Under the pieces are notes generated by a model. It did no database searches and was not told the origin of the DNA. It was given only the letters and a program-made list of their open reading frames with translations. Shown here piece by piece: positions 17,278 to 26,595 of a stretch of DNA of 64,000 nucleotides; position 1 is the first letter of the stretch, and each line of letters begins with the position of its first letter. This DNA comes from a virus, in IMG/VR virus record IMGVR_UViG_3300003324_000465, positions 1 to 64,000 of that record, one strand, 5' to 3'. Both the position numbers and the translations under genes were made by a program.

Positions 17278-18873
17278 ATGGAGCCGCAAGATGTTGATAA
17301 AATAGACGTGATCTATATACTCGGTAGTATAATTATAATAGCATACAGTACACCTATGGCCGTAGTATTAGCTTTGCCTATAGGCTTAATTCAATATAAA
17401 TTGCGGCGTTCACAATGGTTTCAAAATAAAACAGCCGAATTACATGGTCTTGTGGCAAAGCCTGTAGGTTTCTTACTTCCGCCACCTAAAAGCTCAGAAA
17501 CTAATGCATATACGGGTAAAACACAGAACTTACAACGCGAAGAAAGAAAAGCACTGCCTTTTTATATGCGTGTTAATTTGCCACAAGACCAGACTATTTA
17601 TGTGGACGATGTACAATCTAAGCCTGTAATAGCGCATAATGCAATACAAAACAATACAATACATATGCTATTAAAGAAAGCGCCTAGCTACTTTTCCTAT
17701 GAGAAATTACCTAATCCGCCTACGACTACTTCTATACCAATAGGATATGATTTATCGAATAAGTCTATTATGTGGATGGATTTAGCAAAAGATTTCGTAC
17801 ATGGTCTTGTAGCAGGTATGACAGGTACAGGTAAAGATGCGCTACTACGTTTGTGGTACGTGTATTTAACATCTTATAATCCTCCATCGGCCATCCAATT
17901 TATTATTCTTGATGGTAAGAATGAATGGATGTTACCCGCGCTGGCACAATCACCCTATATGTTCATTCCGCCTGCTGGAGGTGTTGATATAGTTAAAGAT
18001 GAGAAAGGTAGAAGAAAACTAGGCTCAACTCAGCGTATGGCTGAAAGTCTTGATAAAGTTTTTGATGAGATAGAAAGACGCCAAGAGTTATTTAATAAAG
18101 CGGGAGCTACGAACCTTGCATCCTATGTATCAAAAACTGGTAATACCCTACCACGGCTTGTTATTATTGCTACTGATGTAGGGGAAGATTTTAATGGTGA
18201 TCTGGAAACACTTGTCAGAATACTTACAATGAAGGCTCGGTCGTTTGGTATAAATCTTATTATTTCTATGCAAACTTCCAGCAAGCAAGACACTGGATGG
18301 CGTAGTAACCTATCACTTACAATGTCAGGTTATCAGGCGTTACATAGTGCAGATCAGCCGATAATGGGTATAAATGCAACAAATATACTTTATAGACCGT
18401 CTCAGCTTCCAAATCCAGAAGAAGACGACAGAGCTAAGGGTTTATTTGCAGTGCGTAGAGGATCATATCAAACTATTGTCAAAACTGCTCATTTAAATGA
18501 AGAGATATTTGAGCAATATATCCATAATGCCATTAAAGAACCTTCGCAGGATGAGTTATTAGTACAGCGTGCAATGGAAAAATACAATACGAGAATAAAA
18601 CATCAAAATACCATAACACCACTTGATCTTATAAATCAAGATTACCAAAGACCTGTACGAACACAAAAACAAGATAAACCAGAAAAAACGGAATATGAAT
18701 GGTTACTTACAAAGGAACAGCGCATGAACGTTATACAATGGGTTAAACAAGGCTGGAACAAAACAAAAATAATGCGCGACGGTCTTAGATATACATCTGG
18801 TGAATATTATACACGCTATAGCAGTGATGTAGATAAACTTATATATATAGTTAATAAAGTTACAAAACTATGA
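17278..18873 (+). CDS. FtsK/SpoIIIE-family ATPase with N-terminal TM and C-terminal HTH-like domain
   Basis: PIGYD, HGLVAGMTGTGKD, ILDGK, EIERR, PRLVII and ARSFGINLIISMQ. Confidence 0.85.
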   Translation: MEPQDVDKIDVIYILGSIIIIAYSTPMAVVLALPIGLIQYKLRRSQWFQNKTAELHGLVAKPVGFLLPPPKSSETNAYTGKTQNLQREERKALPFYMRVNLPQDQTIYVDDVQSKPVIAHNAIQNNTIHMLLKKAPSYFSYEKLPNPPTTTSIPIGYDLSNKSIMWMDLAKDFVHGLVAGMTGTGKDALLRLWYVYLTSYNPPSAIQFIILDGKNEWMLPALAQSPYMFIPPAGGVDIVKDEKGRRKLGSTQRMAESLDKVFDEIERRQELFNKAGATNLASYVSKTGNTLPRLVIIATDVGEDFNGDLETLVRILTMKARSFGINLIISMQTSSKQDTGWRSNLSLTMSGYQALHSADQPIMGINATNILYRPSQLPNPEEDDRAKGLFAVRRGSYQTIVKTAHLNEEIFEQYIHNAIKEPSQDELLVQRAMEKYNTRIKHQNTITPLDLINQDYQRPVRTQKQDKPEKTEYEWLLTKEQRMNVIQWVKQGWNKTKIMRDGLRYTSGEYYTRYSSDVDKLIYIVNKVTKL

Positions 18874-19076
18874 TAAAGAAAACAATATCGATACTTATTC
18901 TATTATATTTATTCTATAAATTAGATGTTGTGCCTATTGTTGTTGTTGTACAGCATTTGTTAGTGTACTGGAATATATTTATGTATACTATACTCACGCT
19001 TAAAGATAATCATCCGGTTATATACATGTTATTACCTTTCATACTTATATGGTTATTATTACAAAAGAATGCCTAG
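18870..19076 (+). CDS. small membrane protein
   Basis: strongly hydrophobic; ATGA overlap with the FtsK gene. Confidence 0.65.
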   Translation: MIKKTISILILLYLFYKLDVVPIVVVVQHLLVYWNIFMYTILTLKDNHPVIYMLLPFILIWLLLQKNA

Positions 19077-19515
19077 CTATAAAACACATGATAAGATAGC
19101 GTATATTTCTGTAGTACCTATTAGTTTACTTACAGCATATACGTTATCTTTATCCATACCAGATACATTTTTATTTGCGGGGGGATTTATTCTCACTAAT
19201 TATTATCTATCTCCTGATCTTGACACGTATAGTATAATGGTAAGACGATGGGGTTTTCTCTATCCTTTATGGATACCGTATAGACATGCTATTAAACATC
19301 GGTCATTATTTTCACACAGCGGCCCTCTGAGCGCTTTGATACGATTAACCTATATAACTATACCCTTGAGTCTTATAGGGCTTCTGGTAAATATTTCATT
19401 ATTTTTTATGGCTATAGAAAGCCATGCATTTTTATTATTTATACTATCTGCAATATTTTCGGATACATTGCATACCTTGACAGACAAGATATGGAGTAAG
19501 ATACATGCGAGATAA
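19069..19515 (+). CDS. DUF2227-like membrane metal-binding protein
   Basis: MPSYKTHD, SPDLD, HRSLFSH and LHTLTD. Confidence 0.8.
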   Translation: MPSYKTHDKIAYISVVPISLLTAYTLSLSIPDTFLFAGGFILTNYYLSPDLDTYSIMVRRWGFLYPLWIPYRHAIKHRSLFSHSGPLSALIRLTYITIPLSLIGLLVNISLFFMAIESHAFLLFILSAIFSDTLHTLTDKIWSKIHAR

Positions 19516-19726
19516 AGAACGTTTTTATACATTACGCGGCAGTGATTATAATGAGCTTATACTATTACTGAATACACTAGATGAAGATGATTTTATTGTT
19601 TTTATCGGTATTGATAAGACAATAAAAATCCATGGACGTTCAACATATATTGCAATAATAGAACGAGCTAATAACGAGGTTTCAAAGAAGTTTGACACTA
19701 TAAACCAGACAATAATGACCGCTTAA
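19505..19726 (+). CDS. hypothetical protein
   Basis: GGAG RBS, overlapping start. Confidence 0.55.
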   Translation: MRDKERFYTLRGSDYNELILLLNTLDEDDFIVFIGIDKTIKIHGRSTYIAIIERANNEVSKKFDTINQTIMTA

Positions 19727-19764
19727 TGCTGTATAGTTATATTTTCTGAGAGTTTGAAAGGACT

Positions 19765-19965
19765 TTGTATATGTTACAGTTAGAATATTGGATGAAAAAG
19801 ATATGGAGTGTTGATAAAACGTGGAAAATTGCTTACGATGATGAAGGTGTGGTACTTTATAATAGTCGCGGGGATTATTTCAAATCAGCATCTTTAGAGC
19901 ATGCCATAGGTATGGTATACTATTTATATGCGGAATTACATAGAGAAGAAGGAGAAAATACATAA
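19765..19965 (+). CDS. hypothetical protein
   Basis: GAAAGGA RBS, TAATG coupling to the next gene. Confidence 0.55.
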   Translation: MYMLQLEYWMKKIWSVDKTWKIAYDDEGVVLYNSRGDYFKSASLEHAIGMVYYLYAELHREEGENT

Positions 19966-20741
19966 TGAATTTTGATAAGGTTCAGGATAGTGGTATACGA
20001 GAAGAATTTAGTACAGGGAGTAAACGTGATACACAGCAAGGTAAGGGAAATCCTAGTCTTATACCTATTGAACCTTTGCGTAGATTAGCAAAGCATTATG
20101 AAAACGGTGCTGTTAAATATGGTAAACGTAATTGGGAGAAAGGTCAACCATTATCACGGTATTATGATTCTGCTATGCGCCATATGTGGGCATATATGGA
20201 AGGTGATTACAACGAGGATCATTTAGCAGCAGCAGCGTGGAATATTTTTAGTATAATAGCAACACAAGAAAGGATAATAGCTGGTATATTACCGAAAGAA
20301 TTAGATGATATAGGAGCTATTCAAGCGTATCAAGATCATCTATTAGAAGAAGGTAGTAAACATTTTGATAAAGAACCAATAAACAAATCACAACCATTTA
20401 CAAGTATTAAATCACCTGATAATATCCGCGCCCAGAATATTCACACTGACCAAATACGAGCACAAGATATTAATAGCGTTACAGCTTTGGATGGTTTAAC
20501 AGATGAGCAATTACCTATCTATGGTATTACACTTTCTCGTGATGGTAAAGTTATAGGTAGGGCTGATACTGGATATATACGTAAGCATAAACAAACGGTA
20601 AAGGCCGCAGATGCTATAAAACTAGGCGAAGTTACTATAGGCGTTATTGTAGATACAACACAAGCAGAACAAGCATTACATACTTTTTCGGAAAAGCTAA
20701 ATGCTGTTGTTGATAAAACCAATACATTATGCAGTGATTGA
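19965..20741 (+). CDS. dATP/dGTP diphosphohydrolase (DUF5664-like) domain protein with C-terminal extension
   Basis: FSTGSKRD, GAVKYGKRNWEKG, SAMRH and EDHLAAAAWN. Confidence 0.85.
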   Translation: MNFDKVQDSGIREEFSTGSKRDTQQGKGNPSLIPIEPLRRLAKHYENGAVKYGKRNWEKGQPLSRYYDSAMRHMWAYMEGDYNEDHLAAAAWNIFSIIATQERIIAGILPKELDDIGAIQAYQDHLLEEGSKHFDKEPINKSQPFTSIKSPDNIRAQNIHTDQIRAQDINSVTALDGLTDEQLPIYGITLSRDGKVIGRADTGYIRKHKQTVKAADAIKLGEVTIGVIVDTTQAEQALHTFSEKLNAVVDKTNTLCSD

Positions 20742-20861
20742 GATTGTTGTCATTGGAAGATTTAGTATAGATCATGCGGCAATCATAATAATTGCCAGCC
20801 ATTTATATATAGAATTAAAAGATATAAGTGATTATATTATTCATATAGAAAGGAAAAATTA

Positions 20862-21011
20862 ATGCTTGCATCACTATTACGAAGATTATTAGACTTCTTA
20901 GGTGAAAACGATTATGTGTATTTCACTATTGATAATCGCATATTTAAACCTACGCAACATATAATACATTTGAAGAACGGCGTTATTATCACATTAGAAG
21001 AAATACAATAA
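20862..21011 (+). CDS. small hypothetical protein (49 aa), paralog of 21322-21474
   Basis: GAAAGGA RBS; shares YVYFT..IFKPT. Confidence 0.6.
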   Translation: MLASLLRRLLDFLGENDYVYFTIDNRIFKPTQHIIHLKNGVIITLEEIQ

Positions 21012-21019
21012 AGGAATAT

Positions 21020-21325
21020 ATGATGATTACAGTTATAGTAGGTCCAAGAGGATCAGGTAAGACAACATTAGCGCTTGGTCTAATGACTTCCCTCTATGGT
21101 ATTCGTAGTAACATTGCTACGTTATTAGATGAATATGAGGATGGAAAAGCATATTATATTCAATCGCCTATAGATATTACACGCGGGTGGTCAAGAGGTA
21201 TACGCCCTGTTAATATTAAAAAAGAGCTAGAATTTAAACAGCCCGTAATAATAACCACCCGCGAATTATCATCAGAATTAGAATCATTAGCTACGTATAT
21301 TATACGTACAGAAAGGAAGCCATGA
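21020..21325 (+). CDS. small P-loop NTPase
   Basis: Walker A GPRGSGKTT, then LLDE. Confidence 0.7.
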   Translation: MMITVIVGPRGSGKTTLALGLMTSLYGIRSNIATLLDEYEDGKAYYIQSPIDITRGWSRGIRPVNIKKELEFKQPVIITTRELSSELESLATYIIRTERKP

Positions 21326-21474
21326 ACGCAGTTATATTTCGTAATCTGATTAGTTATCTCATGGAACATGAGTATATTTATTTTACATTTCGCGATATAG
21401 TATTCAAACCTACTATGCAAGTAACCGAACTTACTGGTGCTATTGCTATAGAGTTAGTACAGTGTGGTGATTAA
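21322..21474 (+). CDS. small hypothetical protein (50 aa), paralog of 20862-21011
   Basis: GAAAGGA RBS; shares YIYFT..VFKPT. Confidence 0.6.
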   Translation: MNAVIFRNLISYLMEHEYIYFTFRDIVFKPTMQVTELTGAIAIELVQCGD

Positions 21475-21495
21475 ATAATCGCCCCGCATTATATA

Positions 21496-21531
21496 AAGCA
21501 TCCATTACTTTTACTTGTAGTGGATGGTTTT
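21496..21531. terminator. probable bidirectional terminator between convergent genes
   Basis: CATCCATTAC/GTAGTGGATG stem with A and T flanks. Confidence 0.7.
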
Positions 21532-21533
21532 AC

Positions 21534-22229
21534 TTATCTATAATCTATTATATTTATACCTTTTATGTTATTGCATCTCTCACATAGCGGTTGAATGTTA
21601 TCAATAGTATTGTTACCACCTTTTGATAGCGGTATAACATGATCTGCTGTTAATTTGCATGTAGTACAGCCACAAGATAAACATGTATTATTATACTTAG
21701 TGTAAAGTTCCTGAAGTTCTTTACCTGTAAATGACCCTCTTTTCTCATGTATTCTTCTACGATGTTTAAATGCTTTTCTAGTTAATCTGCATTTTTCTGT
21801 ATTATAACACTTTATACGGCGTAATCTTTCACTACCGCTGTATTTACGCGGCCTGCCTTTCTTATTTATTTTAGGTTTCTTGCGATTACATACTGTACAT
21901 ATGCCTTTTTCACTTATAACTACACGCGCTTTTAGCTTTTTACAAGTAGAGCAATATGCTGTATATGATCCTTTTGGTATATACCCATATTCTATGCTTT
22001 TTAACCTACGATCTTCTGGCGAAAGTATTTGTTTTGGTTTAGAAACACGCTTGTAGTTACCCTTACCTACACCTTTAATTTTATTATTGTCTCGTTTCCA
22101 TTGCTTTGTGTATGCTCTTTTACATATATAACAATATGAATCTAAACCATTTTTCTTCTTCGTGTTAGCTGGAAATTCTTTGGAGTATTTCCATTCTCTG
22201 CACCGCGAACATCTGTGTTTATTATTCAT
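21534..22229 (-). CDS. HNH endonuclease with N-terminal zinc fingers (homing type)
   Basis: CSRC..CYIC; CLSCG, DHVIPLSKGG, NIQPLCERCN. Confidence 0.9.
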   Translation of the reverse strand: MNNKHRCSRCREWKYSKEFPANTKKKNGLDSYCYICKRAYTKQWKRDNNKIKGVGKGNYKRVSKPKQILSPEDRRLKSIEYGYIPKGSYTAYCSTCKKLKARVVISEKGICTVCNRKKPKINKKGRPRKYSGSERLRRIKCYNTEKCRLTRKAFKHRRRIHEKRGSFTGKELQELYTKYNNTCLSCGCTTCKLTADHVIPLSKGGNNTIDNIQPLCERCNNIKGINIIDYR

Positions 22230-22260
22230 TATTTATCCTTCTATATAATTATTCTTGCAT

Positions 22261-22289
22261 ACTATACATTACTTTTTTATAAATGTCAA
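22261..22289 (-). promoter_or_regulatory. sigma70 promoter for the HNH gene
   Basis: TTGACA-17 bp-TATAGT on the - strand. Confidence 0.7.
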
Positions 22290-22389
22290 GAAAATAAATA
22301 AAAAAGGATATAGTTATATTTTAAATTTACGACATCCACGCACGCCACGCAAGGCCCCTCAAGGGGTGATTTTTTGCTACCCCCTTATG

Positions 22390-22990
22390 TCTACGTGTAT
22401 ACACATAAACACTGCTCTGCGAGCATATATCTATCACGCATAGTACACGTAGACATACACACACGCTACATAGCGTATAAACACATATATTTATTATTTC
22501 AATATATGTGTTATCTATATGCTATGCTCTATGCTTGTATATACCCTATATTACATACCACACCCTCACTCTACACACATAGCATATACCACGCGGCAGC
22601 ACACCACACACACACTCATACACACACAATATATATATCTATATCGCAATGCATATACATATAAATAGGTATAGTACATAGCACACACAGCACATAGCAT
22701 AGCATAGCACGCAGTATATAACCATATACATATACTACTGCGCGCATTCTATATACAGCATATACATCCTCTACACATACCCATTATACCCTCCCTTCAC
22801 TACTTATACCTGTGCCCCTACCCACTACATTACACCTTCACTGAACGCCATAGGTAACATAACACCACACCTCACAGGAAGCTCTGAGAGCGATGATACA
22901 CCCTGTGCCTATACTCTACATACCCTCTATACGCAGAATGTCTCCTATAAAGCTACAGAGCATGATATACGATACCGCATATATACTAGT
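22390..22990. other. non-coding CA/TA-rich low-complexity region at the convergence of both arms
   Basis: G-poor + strand with CACAC/ATAC/TAGCA microrepeats; only low-complexity ORFs. Confidence 0.75.
22871..22948 (+). repeat. tripartite element, partial copy
   Basis: CTCACAGGAAGCTCTGAGAGCGATGATA ... CAGAATGTCTCCTA; shares GGAAGCTCTGAGAGCGATGATA with the 28155 copy. Confidence 0.7.
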
Positions 22991-23332
22991 ATATAAAAAG
23001 ACTTTACACTTAGGGGGATATATACATGGAGTCAAAACGTATAAACGGGTGATTGTAGTCACATGTGCATTTTTGGAGAGTGTAAAGTGTATAGTGCTTT
23101 GTAAGCATGATATGATGAGGTATTTCATAGGTGCGAATGGTGCCGCAGGGCACAACAAAGGCATAAAACCTTATTTAACCAAAACCTATAATTCAGACAA
23201 CAACGCTCACAGAGCATAAAACACAAAGAATTATGCTAGTGCATTCTAAGAGGATATTCTACATTGGTTATAGAGTATTTTTCACTAATAGATTCTGCAT
23301 GTATACATTGCGGGGCAATTATTCCGAGAACA

Positions 23333-23368
23333 AAGAAAAAACCCATCATTTATAGATAGGTCTTTCTC
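23333..23368 (-). terminator. intrinsic terminator ending the - strand arm
   Basis: ACCTATC-loop-GATGGGT followed by a T run on the - strand. Confidence 0.6.
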
Positions 23369-23771
23369 GTATATATTCCTTTTGTTATTAATAAAGCTTG
23401 ATTGATTGAATAACAATACCTTCCTTTAACATCACAAGTAACACTGTTTCTAGCACATTACATGTGATATACATTGTTTCCAGTCTACCAGATACGGCAT
23501 TAAGGTATTCTATTTCTACCATTATAGTATGCTCCTATGCGTATAAATTGCGGGCCATTATTACATTAGCTCAAAAGATCATCGGCTAATGCCCATGCGG
23601 TATCACAAGCTGCATTATCACTGCCGTTTATTGTAAACTCACTGCCGCCTATTCGCAATGTCAATTCATTTGCGCCGGTCTGGTACAGTTCAAAGTAAAA
23701 GCCCTTTATCTTGCGTGTACCTATATAAATCATTGTTATAACCTCTCTGTATATAATGCGCGGCTCTGTTA

Positions 23772-24002
23772 TTATAGATAGTTGTTTCTTGCCATTGTCA
23801 GTATAGTAATAAGCTGATCTATCTGCTGTACCGTAGTAATATCGATACGTTCCACAGACTCACCCGTAGGGGCATTATCATTCGGTACAGTCTGAATGAT
23901 GAACACACGATTCTTATCAATTACTACGTGCGTGCTATGTGGTTCTTCATTCAGATCATCGGTAAGATGAACACGAATAGCGGCTAATTGATTGCTTTTC
24001 AT
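23772..24002 (-). CDS. hypothetical early protein
   Basis: AGAAAGG RBS; flanked by junction motifs. Confidence 0.7.
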   Translation of the reverse strand: MKSNQLAAIRVHLTDDLNEEPHSTHVVIDKNRVFIIQTVPNDNAPTGESVERIDITTVQQIDQLITILTMARNNYL

Positions 24003-24052
24003 GGTATTAAACCTTTCTGTGATATATTGCGCGGCTATTATTCACGAGGATA

Positions 24053-24277
24053 TTATGCTGTATAATCCTCATACCATTGCTTATTCTCATACCATTGCAC
24101 GCTTGCACAGTTATTGCTATCACGCAGGAATTGACAAAACGTATCTGCGCTATCCTTTGCACTAAAATACTGGAAATAGTCCTGATGATCGGTAATGGAT
24201 GTCCAGAGCACACGGTACATATAACCGCAGTCACGTAGTGAGCTATCAATAGCTGGAGTAAGGTTGTCGATCAGCAT
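24053..24277 (-). CDS. hypothetical early protein
   Basis: AGAAAGGA RBS. Confidence 0.7.
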   Translation of the reverse strand: MLIDNLTPAIDSSLRDCGYMYRVLWTSITDHQDYFQYFSAKDSADTFCQFLRDSNNCASVQWYENKQWYEDYTA

Positions 24278-24580
24278 GGCAGCATCCTTTCTTATATGTC
24301 AAGTATGACAGGATTACCGTTATACATACCCACATTATAAAACGCGGGGCGATTATTAGCGCGGCTTGTGATAATCGATATGAATATTATAGAAAATATC
24401 AAATAACCGGGCCTCTTCTTCAACAGCCGCATCATAATCGGTATAATTACCGTTACGCAAGTTGCGTTGCGCAATAACCCATGCATTACGTGCGTCGTTC
24501 AGTTGATAGATTGTAGGGATCATTATATTCACCTTTCTGTATATACTGCGCGGCTATTATACACGCGCCCATCGCAGTTA

Positions 24581-24826
24581 TTAACTAATAAGGTCATTAA
24601 GCACGTTCAGAATGCTGGACAATTGCGTTTCTAGTCTATCAGTATCATACATGCTGATTGAAAGCATCCTGCCGTTGAACTGAAAAGCAAGCTGATTAAA
24701 ATGTGTGAACATAGTCATAGTCACGGTAATATCAGTGATGGTCATAGAGTGATACTGAAGAACACCAGAGCTATAAGCCTGATAGATCAGATTAGCGATT
24801 GTGTCTATAAATGTCTTCTGAAACAT
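24581..24826 (-). CDS. hypothetical early protein
   Basis: AGAAAGG RBS. Confidence 0.7.
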   Translation of the reverse strand: MFQKTFIDTIANLIYQAYSSGVLQYHSMTITDITVTMTMFTHFNQLAFQFNGRMLSISMYDTDRLETQLSSILNVLNDLIS

Positions 24827-25020
24827 GCTCGTCTACCTTTCTTTATTCAGTAACCTTGACGATCTGCCGACAATTGAATTTAATAATTGCGGTCATCTGT
24901 GCTGCAAGGCGATCAATATCCTTGATCTTCACTGTCTGGTGTGTATCGTCTGACTTCAGGAAAGTGATTGTATACGTCTTCATTGCCTGTACCTTTCGCT
25001 ATTGTTTTCCTCACAACCCT

Positions 25021-25074
25021 ATGATACCACAGGACTATATGGAATGCAATATCGAAACCGTGTAGATTCTAAGG
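25021..25074 (-). promoter_or_regulatory. early promoter with conserved upstream box
   Basis: TTGCAT-17-TATCAT (TGG extension) preceded by AGAATCTACACGGTTTCGATA. Confidence 0.75.
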
Positions 25075-25108
25075 AATATTTTAAGGAATATTTTTGAGGA
25101 TAAAATTA

Positions 25109-25210
25109 TAGGAGACATTCTAAGACGTTGAAAATATCAAAACGACCTGAGATACTGGTTTGATACTATCGTGTCTTAGAATGTCTCCTAGGGGTATTGT
25201 AGGGCATTCT
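25109..25210 (-). repeat. tripartite element with a perfect 18-bp inverted repeat
   Basis: TAGGAGACATTCTAAGAC (25109-25126) / GTCTTAGAATGTCTCCTA (25173-25190) plus AGAATGCCCTACAA. Confidence 0.85.
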
Positions 25211-25214
25211 GTGA

Positions 25215-25520
25215 TTATTGATCAGGGAAGAGTGTAGTATATCTGGTAAGCATGTCAAGCATACGCTTATAGGTAGTACCTGAAACCTTTGTAAGCAAGG
25301 TAGCGCAATAGCATTGAATACCATGGGGGGTCATTACAAAGGTATCCTCATCGTTGTTATACACAATAACGCCATTGTACAAAAATGCGGCAAGAGTCTT
25401 ATAGTCGATATGTTCTGAGAGTGTGGTAAAATTGGTTATTCCGTTTGTAAGTATATGCTCAATCGCATTCATTTGAGCATAGCTGAAGTCACTGTGTACG
25501 AATTTAAGTGCTTTAGCCAT
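25215..25520 (-). CDS. hypothetical (wHTH-like) protein, paralog of 33413-33709
   Basis: shared AQxxAIExIL..DxxTLxAF..TxxGIQxYCATxLTK. Confidence 0.75.
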   Translation of the reverse strand: MAKALKFVHSDFSYAQMNAIEHILTNGITNFTTLSEHIDYKTLAAFLYNGVIVYNNDEDTFVMTPHGIQCYCATLLTKVSGTTYKRMLDMLTRYTTLFPDQ

Positions 25521-25765
25521 AACAGGTATCCTTTCTTACGAGTAATAATTGGCGGGGCATTATTTATGAATCACAAACATTGTTAAACCATGTTCATCAA
25601 ACATAGGCGTCATAGTGATAATATCAGTAAATGAAACCGTCGAAGATAGTTTAAACAGCGCTATAGCAAGCATCTCCTCATATCCTCTAGTACCGTTGCA
25701 AGGTACAAAGATACGCTTAACATTATCCATATACATATATCCTTTCTTATATAGTGCGCGCCGGA

Positions 25766-25963
25766 TTATACACGGCGACCTTTAATTATATATCTTCCAG
25801 TACCGTCACGCTTTACATATGGTATATCCCGTAATGCTCGTGAGATTTGAGAAGGCTTGTATGTTTCGAGCGCAACATCCATGGCGGTCATTACATCCAT
25901 AACGTTAAACCATCTGTTTCCCGGAATGGATTCCAATGCTTTCTTTACTGCTTGCTTGATCAT
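25766..25963 (-). CDS. small hypothetical (HTH-like) protein
   Basis: GAAAGGGG RBS before MIKQAV; KPSQISRAL. Confidence 0.6.
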   Translation of the reverse strand: MIKQAVKKALESIPGNRWFNVMDVMTAMDVALETYKPSQISRALRDIPYVKRDGTGRYIIKGRRV

Positions 25964-26005
25964 TGTGTTTTCCCCTTTCATTCAAAATATCAGAAATAAT
26001 CCGTA

Positions 26006-26338
26006 CTAAAGCACCACTTTCGGGTATTCAAGATTATTATCTGTAACATACTGATTGATACCGTCAATCCATCCACGCAACCAATCATGATGATATTGTG
26101 TCGATAAACGAGCATACTCTTTAACGTCTGGTTTATCATTCTTACCTGAATTAAAAACATATGGCCCGCCAGGGATATAACCACCAATTACAGATGGATG
26201 CTTAAAATTGCTTCCTCTTGTTAACCATATATATCCATCATTATATCCATCATCATATCCCTGTTCATTGATCACAGATGGATTAGGATCAAGGATATGA
26301 GGAAAACTTTCTTTTGCATTCATGCTATTTACTCCCAT
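26006..26338 (-). CDS. hypothetical protein
   Basis: GYDDGYNDGY repeat; tightly packed. Confidence 0.65.
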   Translation of the reverse strand: MGVNSMNAKESFPHILDPNPSVINEQGYDDGYNDGYIWLTRGSNFKHPSVIGGYIPGGPYVFNSGKNDKPDVKEYARLSTQYHHDWLRGWIDGINQYVTDNNLEYPKVVL

Positions 26339-26565
26339 GTTACATCATCGGCTATACTACCATCATATTTTGGTAATGCTATACCATGGTGTGCTAATGT
26401 TTGTTCTAATTGTTTAATCCTTTCACGATATATCTGATGGTCTTGCCACAGAAGATCGGCTACTTGCTTATAATATTTCTCCTTCCAGGATTTAGATAAT
26501 ATCCAAAAATCCATACCACCAAAACGATTACGCAAGAATGCGGCTATTGTTTCTTTATCCATGAT
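26329..26565 (-). CDS. hypothetical protein
   Basis: AAGGA RBS; start approximate (near MDKETIAAF). Confidence 0.55.
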   Translation of the reverse strand: MMDKETIAAFLRNRFGGMDFWILSKSWKEKYYKQVADLLWQDHQIYRERIKQLEQTLAHHGIALPKYDGSIADDVTWE

Positions 26566-26595
26566 ACATTGATCCTTATATATAATGCCGGGCAA

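Noticed and set aside
22255-23219. ORFs 22255-22443, 22374-22664, 22893-23219 and 22916-23164
   Set aside because: His/Tyr/Thr-rich translations of low-complexity DNA without RBSs
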